Of a DNA stretch of 51,044 bases, positions 11,940-23,106 are shown piece after piece. Numbering within the stretch: the stretch's first letter is position 1; each line of letters starts with the position of its first letter. A program made the position numbers and the translations under genes. Below the pieces are notes generated by a model. It saw nothing but the letters and a program-made list of their open reading frames with translations. It ran no database searches and had not been told where the DNA came from. Origin of the DNA: Heteronotia binoei (lineage: Eukaryota); NCBI RefSeq assembly GCF_032191835.1, contig NC_083229.1:88734957-88786000 (forward strand). Reading direction: 5' to 3'.

Positions 11940-12669
11940 TAGGGATGAGCATGAACCAGGAAAATGGTTGTTTGTGTTGGTTAATGGTTTGCTTGATTCC
12001 CTGAACCAGTGGTTCATGTTGGTTCGTGGTTCATTTGCTTTCCTGACCCAGTTCATGGTTCATTTTGTTGGGGAGGTGGTAGAACATGTGAGTTAGAGGT
12101 GCTAAATTCACAGGACGTCTTCAGCAGACTCTCCTCCACCAGCCTTCCAAGTTTGGTGACAATTGGATTGGGATCTGCAAGTTATAGCCCCTTGAAAGCA
12201 GGTGCCCCCAGGAATGCTCAGTTCTAGCTTCAGGTTTCTTTCCTGAAACTATGGGAACAAACACCTTCCCAGCTGGGAGAGCTGTTTAAAAAATTGTCCT
12301 GTCATGGGAGGGGAAAAGGAGTCTCTCAAAGCCTCCCCTAAATCAGCCACACAGCAAACACAACTGAACTAACTCTTCTCTCTTTGTACTGCAAAGTGAA
12401 AGCAGCTGAGCTGCCAACCAAACTATGGACAGCTGCTTTGGGTGTTTCGAGGCCTCTCCACAAGTCCACCTCCAGCATTGCCTAGGAATTGACTGAATCG
12501 GCACCAGGCTGTCTGGAGAACAAACTGCAAAATGAAGCACCATAGGGAAAATGCAGATTGTTTTTTGATTCAGGAATGATGCGACCAAACGAACTGGTTA
12601 AAAAAAACCATGAACTGCTCAGGTTCCTGCTCAAACTGTGGTTCATTTCTCAGTTTGTGCCCGTCTCTA
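11940..12669. mobile_element. Non-autonomous hAT (Ac-like) element with GAACC/GGTTC subterminal repeats
   Basis: Termini tagggatgagcatgaac / gtttgtgcccgtctcta. 8-bp flanks ttctgaac/ttccaaac. Dense ggttc/gaacc motifs near both ends. Confidence 0.7.
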
Positions 12670-12739
12670 TTCCAAACATCAGATTTTCCACTTTCAGTAG
12701 AAGGTTATGATAATTCAAAGTGTCTCTCTCTCTCTCCAG

Positions 12740-12795
12740 AGTGAGCACAGCCAGGAGCTGTCTAGCTCTCACAAGCAACATTTAAAATGGCTACT
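12740..12795 (+). CDS. Candidate internal coding exon (SEHSQELSSSHKQHLKWL)
   Basis: Acceptor (ct)n-ccag, 56-nt open segment, strong donor ct|gtgagt. Its phase-0 start fits 7165-7286. Confidence 0.45.
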
Positions 12796-14222
12796 GTGAG
12801 TGAAATTATAACTGCATTTCAAGATCTCTCTAGCTGGTTGTTATTCTGTTAAATATGTTGTTTTGATATGTTTGGGTCCCTGTTCCAGAGCCTGAGGAAG
12901 CAAGTAATGTGTGAAACAACTGATCCAGCTAGTGGCCCCATTGCCAAAGTGGTGTGGCCAAATTGCAAGGGACAACCAAGTCATTTGATCCACAGGAGTC
13001 TGTACAAAGTGAGAGTGTCTCTAAATGAACCTTTAATCTCCTGGTGGATATGTAGATTCTTCTGAGACTGTGTCTCTATTTGAAAGCTTTTTACCCTCTA
13101 TGCAGGGGTCACCATTCAAGTCAAGCCTTGTTCGCACCATCAGTCATTGTGATGTTTAATGTTTGAAATGTTTTTAAACTTTTGTATTTACACTATTTTG
13201 ATATAAAATACACACAGTAGGTTTGAAAATCTTTATTGAAGTAGTTTGCCTGTAATTTTTGACTACAGGCCATTTGGCGTTTGGCACAGTCCCATGATTT
13301 ACAGCATAGCTTTTTGGATGGTCATTTCTCCTCCCTTTCCCATCAGTAGAAAAGCTGGTTCAGTCCAATCCCATGATGCTCTGGTTTGATTCAAGATGAT
13401 GTTGCTCAGTGCCACTGGCTCCATTGGCCTTAGAAGTGCCTGGAGAGGAGATCAATTACGTATTGCCACATGGGGGGAGGGGGGCTGTGGAGGTAATAAT
13501 GGAGACCTTCTCACTATAGGGGAAAGCAATACTGTTATGTGAAGTAAGCACCTCAGAGGTTTTGGGGTTTTTTCTACTTTAGATGGATTTTCTGAAATAC
13601 TAGATAGTTCTTGCTTACTTACTCCTACAATGTTGTGTAAAGACTTTTAGTGTACTGCAGTTTGCTTGCATCATTTTACATATCATGATGGATGCAGTTC
13701 CTTTCATAGAATGAAGGGACTTCATTTAATCAAATCTTATTATGCTGCAGACTATAAATCTATTCTATTATCAATTGGCTGGGGAAATAATCTGTGAAAA
13801 TACTGAATATCTATTGAATGTTGTTGCTGTGTTAACTCCCAAGCACAGAGCGGCTAAGGCAGCAAGGCATTAATTTTCATGTTGTTCCTTGCTTCCTCTA
13901 TCTTCCCTCTGCTTCAACTGGAATGAAGTTCTTTCTCTGTTAAATTTTATCGTTAATGCAGGCAAAAATGATATACACTGGTGTATTATTTATCCTACTT
14001 GTATCTCCTATGAAAACTAGAAAGACTTGTGGTGATGGAATAACATCAGTCCATATAGGACTCAGCTGCTGTTGGTCAATAACAAAACCACAGAGGATTC
14101 AGCATTTCCTAGAGAGGGTTGCTTTCTCCATGAATGAAAAGTTTCATAGCCTCAAGGTGCTGCTGGATCATAGCCTGAAGTTGGAGGGTCCTACATGGCA
14201 CATAACACTATTTGTCATCTTC

Positions 14223-14495
14223 AGAGCCAGTTTGGTGTGGTGGTTAAGTGTGCGGACTCTTATCTGGGAGAACCGGGTTTGATTCCCCACTCCTCCACTT
14301 GCAGCTGCTGGGATGGCCTTGGGTCAGCCATAGCTCTGGCAGAGGTTGTCCTTGAAAGTGCAGCTGTTGTGAGAGTCCTCTCAGCCCCACCCACTTCACA
14401 GGGTGTCTGTTGTGGGGGAGGAAGATAAAGGAGATTGTGAGTCGCTCTGAGATTCGGAGTGGAGGGTGGGATATAAACCCAATATCATCATCATC
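14223..14495 (+). mobile_element. Squam3-like SINE
   Basis: agagccagtttggtgtggtggttaagtgtgcggactc head with A/B boxes, (atc)n tail. Confidence 0.9.
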
Positions 14496-14575
14496 TGATA
14501 CATCCACTGTGACTCTTCTTTGAAAAGCATGATTTGGCTGCCATGAAACACAGATTATAATAAATTAGTTTATAG

Positions 14576-14819
14576 CAGGGGTGGCCAAACTTGCTTAACA
14601 TAAGAGCTACATAGAATAAATTTCAGATGTTTGAGAGCAGGCAGTCAGGAAGGAAGAATTGAACTAAAGTTGGAAAGAAAGCAAATAGATGAGGGGGAGG
14701 TGGAAAGAAAGCAACTTTAAGTTTAAATGTATTCTCCAAACTGCTGGCTGGCTTGGCAAGCCACACAATATGTGTGAAAGAGCCACATATGGCTCCCAAG
14801 CTGCAGTTGGCCACCCCTG
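14576..14819. mobile_element. hAT (Charlie-like) MITE
   Basis: TIR caggggtggccaa / ttggccacccctg. 8-bp TSD gtttatag/gcttatag with central TA. Confidence 0.85.
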
Positions 14820-14864
14820 GCTTATAGGAATGTATTTTATATAAGGCTAACTTTGAAAAGTAAT

Positions 14865-15230
14865 CAGAAACTTCAGATGATCCAAATGCAGTGACCAGGT
14901 TATTGCTGAATTCTGTGTACAGAGATCATGTCACCTCTGTGCTGAAAGATGTGCATAGGCTGCCTGTCTGTTTCTTGGCACAGTTCAAACTGCTACTTTG
15001 GGGCTAGGACAATTGAAGGACTACCAAATTCCATACTGTCCAACATGCCAGGTATGATTCTCTCCCCAAGCCCCGTTGTCCATGACATTGTTTGCAAAGA
15101 TGAGGCATATGGTGACCAGAGACAAGGCTTTTTCAGTTGTGGTGCCCACCTTTAGAATGCCCTCCCCCCAGTGATGTTTGCCTGGTGCCCACTTTTTGGC
15201 CCGAGTGCAAAGCACTTTCTATTTTCTAGC
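14865..15230 (+). mobile_element. Old L2 3' remnant
   Basis: Degenerate PNAVTRLLLNSVYRDHVTSVLKDVHRLPV, then QGFFSCGAHL*NALP-like sequence resembling the L2 C-terminus. Confidence 0.6.
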
Positions 15231-15814
15231 CGGTCTGGAATTCTATTGATGAATTCTTGTTAATTGTTTTCCTGGTGTGCTTCTGCTTTGAAAACTATTT
15301 TAGAATATTAGCTTAGGTTTCTACTGAATGCCCCCCCCCCCATTTTTATGCTCTTGGTATGTTTGTGTGACGTACTATAATTGATAGTTCTTATGCTGTC
15401 TAGTTTTTACTTTATGAACTATCTTGATCAATTCTCTGGAGGCATGGTGCATATGTTTTCTAAATAACTAATAAACAATTAGCACAGAGTATTTCTAAAA
15501 GCAAAGGAGTTGGCAGAGCAATATCAGTTGGTCTCCTCAGAATTCTGGAGCTCAGTTGCTTGTATAGGTCATGATAGGTATCACTGGAGCCAGCAAAGAC
15601 TGATCTCCTTCCAGTGAGAAGAATACAGTGCTTTCAAAATATGGAAGTGTATATATAAGATCTGGAGGTGCCATATATAAGCACACAATCTGGATTTCTT
15701 TTTGAGATTGTAGCCATAAATAAAGATTGACACCCAAATATTTATCTCCAACACTATCTGTTTATTGGTGTAAAACATTTCTTTGCTATTTTCCCAGACT
15801 CAAGGCAGCCTACA

Positions 15815-16028
15815 GGGGAGGGACAGTGGCTCAGTGGTAGAGCATCTGCTTGGGAAGCAGAAGGTCCCAGGTTCAATCCCCGGCATCTCCAAAAAAGGCT
15901 CCAGGCAAATAGGTGTGAAAACCTCAGCTTGAGACCCTGGAGAGCCGCTGCCAGTCTGAGAAGACAAGACTGACTTTGATGGACCGAGGGTCTGATTCAG
16001 TTTAAGTCAGCTTCATATGTTCATATGT
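15815..16028 (+). mobile_element. Squam2-like tRNA-derived SINE
   Basis: A box tggctcagtgg and B box ggttcaatccc, followed by a non-tRNA body and (ttcatatg)2 tail. Confidence 0.8.
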
Positions 16029-16729
16029 ACAAAAATCTAATAATACAATGCCTAAAAATAAAATCAACAATTAAAGCAGTGTTAACAATAAATTACAGAT
16101 CCTATAGCATTTGCAGCCAGCTCCTTTTCACACCAGCAGAGGGCAATCTTCCTCTTCTTTAGTTAATGTAGTGTTTCTTAATGGCAAAAAGGAACTATAG
16201 ACAATGGAATTTAATTTCAAATTGAAGTCTGTGTTTTACTTCTGTTACCCTTATCTTTACAACACAACATCAGCAGGAGCCCAATACCTTTTCATAAGCT
16301 ATGCAGTTGCCATACTGCATCCTAAGTTGGAGCATGCATGAAGTGTGCATGTGGTTGTTCTTTCCTCCCGGTATTTTGTCGTCCTTTCGCTTTTGTCTTC
16401 ATCCTGCTCTGTGGCAATTGCAGCATCCTATTAATATCTTTCTTTTTCCTTCCCTGTCACTGGAATCTCACAGTTCCCTAATTATTTAGGCACCCACTTC
16501 AAGGAACCTTTATTATGCACAACAGTTGCATTTCAGCATGCCAGACATTTCTGGTACACAAATAAAATGATGCTGTTCTTCTATCCTTGTGTTTGCAAAT
16601 CCAGCTCCAAGGGAAGGGACCGAGGTGGGCACCCAGGACAAAAGTACTACTACCCTACTAAATTGGATCTAGTCTAATTTACAGTTTCAGTTGAAATCAC
16701 ATACACACCATTTTTCAGAAAGAATGGAA

Positions 16730-17870
16730 TAAAATTGGCCACACCTTTATTGATTACAGCTGTAGTAAGCCTTGGTGCAGCATGGAGTAAGGATGCTGCT
16801 CATCGATAGATCTGTCCACCAGTAGTTGATCCGCTAGTTACCTTTGGGTGGCAGGTTTTGAATCAACTAGGGCAGAAGTCCAGAGGTGTTCTCCTCTGCC
16901 ACCTGAGCATGAGGGTAATCCCCAGACATGCCACTAGGCTGGGCATATCAGTTGCTCCTCATGCCTAGATCCCTTATGGAGATCCCCACATTCAGGAAAT
17001 GGGCATGCAGGCCATTTCTCCTGAGAGTGGATCCAACCCCATGTTAATACTACCACAAGAGCCAGACCTCAGACTGCCAGTTCCCACCAAAGCTCCTACA
17101 GCTGTAGCCAAGTGTCTAGGCTATCCCTAATACCATGCAGCCAGATATCCATATCCCAGTCATATAAATGAACCCCATCAGGGTGAAACAGGGCTACTAG
17201 ATGTGTTGCAACGTCAGGATGTTGAATCCAGTTGCTCCCCATAACATCAATGATCCTCCCCAGCCTCTTGGTCAACTTCCACCTTGCCAATTCTATCTTG
17301 TCCACAGAGAGAGCCCCATGCCAGCTTCATTGCTGCAGCCAGTCTGGCCAGTAAAAAACCACCACAGCCAGGAGTTCATCCCTTAATTCCTGAAAGTCTT
17401 CCATGTCCTGTGCTCCAGTCAATGCCAGAGTGGGTCCCCAAATTGTGCTCACCAAGTTGTATAACCAGGGCATTGGGTGGCCCATGGTTGACCAAATGAG
17501 ACAGCATCATGGGGAGGAGGTCATTCCACTTTATCTCTTGCTCATCCAACCAAGTGACTTCCACCTTATCCTGTAGGCCAAGGTCCCTTCCCCAACTAGA
17601 TGTGGTAACATAAACACTCACCCAATTCACAATGCTGTGTCCGCAGATCCAGGCTGACCAGTGCCATCCCCCTGAAACTGAAGGAGTCAATGGTAAAGAG
17701 CCAATGTTACACTGCCAGAGCAGGATGCAGCTTCACGTAAATCTTGTAAGCTTCTGAACACCACCTCCCAACCACGCAAATGCTCACAGGTCTCATGCTG
17801 AGGGAGCATGGAGGTAGCTTGGCACCCTAAATAGCCACTGGGTGCCCCTGCTTCTCCAAGCACTCCAGAA
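16730..17870 (-). mobile_element. Ngaro-like (DIRS order) tyrosine-recombinase retroelement 3' remnant with SGNH hydrolase ORF
   Basis: GRWCSEAYKIYVK at 17769-17731 (YR C-terminal motif). ORF 17376-17690 has WICGHSIV...PNALVIQLGEHNL and ORF 17096-17305 has HPDGVHLYDWDMDIWL. A minus-strand aataaa lies near 16750. Confidence 0.75.
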
Positions 17871-18891
17871 CCAGCTAATGGGGCAATCTGTCACAAGTTT
17901 GTAGCTTAGTCATTGTGCTACATGGGTGGCAGCCTTCTCTGTTGCCCTTCCCCATTATCATTCTTCAGATAGCAAGACTGAATAGGCATGTTGTGTTTCC
18001 AGACATCCGATCTGAAGCATTCAAAGTATAATAAATGGGTAAAAATATTGCACATATTCTATTCAAGCTGAGCAAGGGCACAAAGAAAAGATGAAAACAC
18101 TCTCCCCCCCCCCTTCTCCAGGTATTTCTAAAAGTTTAAATTGGGTCAGGCCTGTTTTAATTGGGTTTGTGCTTTTTAAAGCTCATAATTACCTTTGTTC
18201 TTATGATTCTGTGGTTGTGTCTTTTCTCCTTTGTTCCTACCATATGGACAAGATGGAATCTGCAACTAAAAGCTTAATGATTTGTGCTCATCTAAAGACA
18301 AAGAGTAAATTTAGCTTCTTCCTCATGTCCCAAGTTTAAATAACCTATGTCTTTCTCCCTCCCTTCTTTGGGATGATCTATTTATCCCATCCCAAAGAAA
18401 GAATTTTCCTTCTATAATTTTAGTATTTCCAGCTTTATGGCTCTAGGTGTGACTTACTAGCAGGGGGTGAGGTAGTAGGCCATTGTTGGTGGCTCACAAC
18501 AATCCAAAGGGAAGTCACTCACAGACATGGTAGGAAGGTTAGACTACCTGTCATGTGTTCCACATAAGGCTGCATTGAAAAAGCAGTCTGGAGATGACAT
18601 AATGAAGATGCTTCTGCTCCAAGAAGCTTGTACTGTTGAGAGCAGTTGAGAGTTAGTCTGGCAAAGAGGGGTGGGGAGAGACAGAAGGACAAGTGGAGAT
18701 TGGCCTGCCCAAGTCCCTGACACCAGAAATGGGCTCACAGATGATCTGTAAATCCTGGCATCTCTTACCAGTTCTTGGTTTCTACACTGTTGCTATTTCC
18801 CCTGCACCTCACTAGAGATCCAGCTACAGTCCCAGCCTACTTCACAGCTTCCAAATGCCAACAAAGTCTCACTATGCTATTAGCTCACTTA

Positions 18892-19292
18892 CAGAGTTGC
18901 CAACCGCCAGGGAGAAAAATGTCCTGTCCCTTTAGTAGAGAATGAATAGGCTATTTACCAGGTGATGTTATTTGCGTCCATTCCATGAAAAACTTTAAGC
19001 GCCCATTTAAAAAAGTAAAGGTAGTCACCTGTGCAAGCACTAGTCATTTCCGACTCTGGGGTGATGTTGCATCACGACGTTTTCACGGCAGACTTTTTAA
19101 GGGGTAGTTTGCCATTGCCTTTCCCACCAGCAAGCTGGATAGTCATTTTACCGACCTCGGAAGGATGGAAGGCTGCGTCAACTTTGAGCCAACTACCTGA
19201 ACCAGCTTCTGCTGGGATCGAACTCAGGTCACGAATTCATTCTTTAAAGCCTCTATTAAAGGGACAGGGCATTTTTTCTCCTTGGCAGTTGG
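18892..19292. mobile_element. MITE with about 40-bp TIRs, interrupted by a Sauria SINE
   Basis: ccaaccgccagggagaaaaatgtcctgtccctttagtagag is inverted with ctctattaaagggacagggcattttttctccttggcagttgg. Confidence 0.8.
19009..19234 (-). mobile_element. Sauria SINE (5'-truncated) nested in the MITE
   Basis: aaagtaaaggtagtcacctgtgcaagcac...accgacctcggaaggatggaaggctg, the reverse of the 50199 copy. Confidence 0.85.
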
Positions 19293-19461
19293 TATTGATT
19301 ACTGGAAATATGAGGATGGAGAAGTTGAATTCAGAATTCTTCGGTTGTTCTCAGAACAGGAAACAGCTCCTAAGCCATGCTATTTATTTATTTTTATTTA
19401 TTAAAACACACACACCCTTCTCACAGTTCAAGAAGCCTACTTGGATGCTAGTGAATAAAAC

Positions 19462-20513
19462 TAGGGATAGGCATGAACCTCATCACAAACCTAATTCATC
19501 ATGAAAATTGCCTAGTTTGTGGTTTGTGAGCCAAGGGTTGTACAATTGTGCCTGCAGTAAATCTCCCATGGTTTCTCCATGGTTCTTATAGAGGTTTGTT
19601 TAGTTCATGTCAGCAGTTCATGTGGCAGACACTGGTGACGATCAGTTAATTGTCAAAGCAATGGGGGTGGATTTCTGCAGTCCTTCTGATGCCCTGGAAA
19701 CACCAATAGTGGCCCTCCAAACATCAAACAAAAGTGGCCATTGTGGGACCTGGTGGCCTGGAGGAAAGTGTGAAAGAGCCCAGGTCAGGGATGGAAGGAG
19801 ATGAGAGAGAGGCAGAGGAGTCCATGCTGGTGCTGGCAGTGCAGAAGATAGAGAAGGTGGAGATCTGAGACCTGGGGAAGAAAGGGGAAGAAGATATTGG
19901 ATTTATATCCTGCCCTGTATTGTGAATCTCAGTCTTAGAGCAGTCACAATCTCCTTTACCTCCCACGCCCCCCACAACGGAAACCCTGTGAGGTAGGTGG
20001 GGCTGAGAGAGCTCTTATAGCAGCTGCTCTTTCAAGGACAACTCCCACAAGAGCTATGGCAGACCTAAGGCCATTCCAGCAGCTGCAAGTGGAGGAGTGG
20101 GGAATCAAACCCGGTTCTCCTGGATAAGAGTCTGCGCACTTAATCACTACACCAGACTGGCTCTCCAAGGTGATCTCCCTTTCAAAAAAGTAGCAGGAGC
20201 TTCAGAAAACTGGCCCATGGGTCAATCAGAAAGAGGTCTGCAGATGAGGCCAGGCCAAAAAAGGGGACCCCAGGAGGACCAGAAGTCAAGGATTGCAGGG
20301 TTGGAAGTGGGGGGGGGGTATCTCTGTTTGGTAGAAGAAGAAAGTCTGCTGGAGACTTGCTGCAAGTTTGGCATCTCTAGCCCACAGTTCTACTGCATCA
20401 CAAACCTCACAAAATGAACTGGTTCAGTAAACTGGAAAGTTCATGAAGGTTCATGATTCGTGAGACTCCACAAGCTGGGATGAACTTCTGTTTCCTAGTT
20501 CATGCCCATCCAA
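19462..20513. mobile_element. Non-autonomous hAT (Ac-like) element containing a SINE
   Basis: Termini tagggataggcatgaac / gttcatgcccatccaa. Perfect 8-bp TSD aataaaac (19454-19461, 20514-20521). Confidence 0.8.
19887..20166 (-). mobile_element. Squam3-like SINE nested in the hAT element
   Basis: Same body as 9312-9600. Confidence 0.88.
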
Positions 20514-20629
20514 AATAAAACTCAGTCACATTAACTCTTTCCTCACAAAATAAATGAAGAAGAAAACCTATTACTCCAAGCCTACCAAATGCCTTCACAG
20601 ACATCTCATTTCTGCTTCATGCCATGCAA

Positions 20630-20765
20630 CAGGAGTGGCCAACAGTAGCTCTCCAGATGTTTTTTGCCTACAACTCTCATCAGCCCCAACCATTGGCCAT
20701 GCTGGCTAGGGCTGATGAGAGTTGCAGGCAAAAAACATCTGTAGGGCTACCGTTGGCCACCCCTG
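20630..20765. mobile_element. Foldback (palindromic) hAT MITE
   Basis: caggagtggccaacagtagctctccagatgtttttt...aaaaaacatctgtagggctaccgttggccacccctg. Flanks ccatgcaa/acatacaa. Sister copy at 44039. Confidence 0.8.
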
Positions 20766-20809
20766 ACATACAAGTTACTTGGAGCAAACCTTTTCCCCTC
20801 CCCCACTCT

Positions 20810-21179
20810 CATGTTTAGTTAGGTTTCTGTCTTCCTGCATACACCACCCAGCATACCTTGAGTGTTCATGCACAAAGGTCTAAACTCCAACAAAGTGCCT
20901 GGAAGAGCCAGGACTGAACTGAGACATAGTTTTTCTCTCTCATTACCAGTGCTGATTTCTCTACACCAGTATCCCTCTGTATATCACACCTAACCCAATC
21001 ACACCTGATATTGTCATTCACCTTCTAATATCATTCTGCATCTGAAATCACCCCACTTAGAGGATGGATGGATTCACATTCTAGCTGTATCTGAAGAAGT
21101 GAGCAGTGACTTAGAAAAGCTCATACTCTGCCACAAATTTTGTTAGTCTTTAAGGTGCTACTGGACTCTTGCTCTTTTC
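20810..21179 (+). mobile_element. Penelope-like element 3' end (GIY-YIG C-terminus plus terminal region)
   Basis: PGLN*DIVFLSHYQC* at 20908-20955. Ends tctgaagaagtgagcagtgac...aaagctcatac...gttagtctttaaggtgctactggactc. Confidence 0.6.
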
Positions 21180-21651
21180 AGCTTGAAGAACCAGTTCATC
21201 CATCCTGTTTCTCTTCACTGAATTACCACAGAAATGAATTGTGTTTGATGAATTTTACAAGTAGAAAGAGCCTGTTTCAACTACTATTCTGTGAATGTGT
21301 ATTTGCCATGACAGTTGGGATAAATGACATTAAAATATGTATCTTAGGAGCCAAGACACTGCTTCTGATTCTGGAACAGAACTAAATGTTAGCCTCTTTT
21401 TATAAAGAATTTGAGATTTATTGTTTTTAGAGCAATTTATTCTATGATTGCCACTGAAAAACACCCTCTACGAGGCCATAATAAGTCAGCCATCTGTGTG
21501 ACCAGGCTGTGTGGGGAGCCTCTGAGTGATGACATGCTGTCCTTTTTTCCACAGCTTCAGCTTGTCACTTGGTGGGAGCTGACAGATGTTTGTCTGTCCT
21601 TTTAAAATTGCCCTATGAGAATTTCTTTAGAAGCGGTAACTTTTGAAAGAA

Positions 21652-21965
21652 GCCAGAGTAGGTGGGGTGGTTAGAGGGTCAGGATAGGATCTGTGAGACC
21701 TAGGTTCCAATTCGTACTTAGCCATGATTCAAATTCAGTAGTATTTTAGAGACCAACAACATTCTTGGGCTACTTTTGAGACTCAAAGCTCCCTTCACCA
21801 GTTATCTGCTGCTCTTATGCCTTCTGTCTGAAATGACAGAAGCTCGTTGGTGACCTTGGGCCAATCAACCTAGCCTACCTTTACAGGGTTGTTGCAAAGA
21901 TAAAATGATGTAAACAGCTTTGGGTCCCTCCCTATTGAGAAGAAAGGCAGGATATAAATGAAGTA
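21652..21965 (+). mobile_element. Old Squam3/MIR-like SINE with an embedded Penelope fragment
   Basis: Degenerate tRNA head (gtggttagag...taggttccaattc), tgaccttgggccaatc...ctacctttacagggttgttg...ggcaggatataaat. Insert ttagagaccaacaac...aaagctcccttcacc at about 21746-21805. Confidence 0.55.
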
Positions 21966-22706
21966 AAATCAATTTAAAAAATGTTCTCCATTTCCTTCCA
22001 AAGACCTGGTATAAATGACGGGACTGAGTTTTTCACCTTAAGAGTATGTTTGGAATCTACACAATTTAAATGCTGTTGTGGTGGATCAGAGCATAGGTGT
22101 AAACTACGGAGAGGCTCACAGGGCTCGAGCCCCTCTGGATTTTTTGGCTGGGGCTGGATCCCCTCTGGGCAACCAATAGAGGACTTGGGGGCTAGGGGGC
22201 TCAGGCCTCCCCCAGGCAACCAGTGCCAGGCATAGTGACAAACTCTTTTGAGAGTATGAAAATGTTTTCCAATCCCTTTTAGATTTTCAAGAAGGAAAGA
22301 TAATGATCTTGAAAGGCAGAAAAAGTCTTCCCGGACCCCAGGCAAAATAGACACAAATCTGACATCAAGGTTTTTCTGTGTTGCCTTTTACTGTCAAATT
22401 TGTGACCATTAGATTATCCTATGCACATAATATGCATGTTTGCAGATCTTAACGTGACTATTCATTCTAAAAGTGAATTTCAAACAGGACACAGCAAGAG
22501 ACTGCTGAGACACTACCAGAACCACTGGCCAACTCCCACCTTCTCCTGGGTTTTGCCTAGCCCAGGGGCATTGTTAGAGGGAATTCCTGCTAAATTTCTG
22601 GGAGGCTTCTTCCTAAATCCCCCATGGCCCCATCTCCATAGGTAGTGATAATGGAGGCCCCTCCCTGTGATGTAATTGGATCCCACTTCTTTTAGGGACC
22701 TATTTA

Positions 22707-22993
22707 GGGAGAGCCAGTTTGGTGTAGTGGTTAAGTGTGCGGACTCTTATCTGGCAGAACCGGGTTTGATTCCCCACTCTTCCACTTGCACCTGCTGAGA
22801 TGGCCTTGGGTCAGCCATAGCTCTGGCAGAGGTTGTCCTTGAAAGGGCAGCTGCTGTGAGAGCCCTCTCCAGCCCCACCCACCTCACAGGGTGTCTGTTG
22901 TGGGGGAGGAAGGTAAAGGGGATTGTGAGCCGCTCTGAGACTCTTCGGAGTGGAGGGCGGGATATAAATCCAATATCTTCTTCTTCTTCTTCT
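22707..22993 (+). mobile_element. Squam3-like SINE, young full-length copy
   Basis: gggagagccagtttggtgtagtggttaag ... ccaatatc(ttc)n. Confidence 0.9.
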
Positions 22994-23106
22994 GTTATAG
23001 CAATGCCTCTGGCTAAGTCCCAGCCCCCTCTGGGAAACTGGACGCCCCTGGATCAGAGTAGAAAACTAGGAACATGGTAATTGCTGGCAGCACTGACCTG
23101 ATTTCA

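Noticed and set aside
13956-14282. 108-aa ORF, and similar ORFs at 4371, 6003, 42012 and 48308
   Set aside because: They run into SINE or MITE sequence or have random composition, with no motif support.
15815-15890. tRNA-like sequence with A and B boxes
   Set aside because: It runs directly into a SINE body and tail seen elsewhere (81-150), so it is a SINE head rather than a tRNA gene.
22085-22240. GC-rich patch starting cataggtgtaaactacgg, possibly a Harbinger-like MITE
   Set aside because: I could not find a matching second terminus or TSD.
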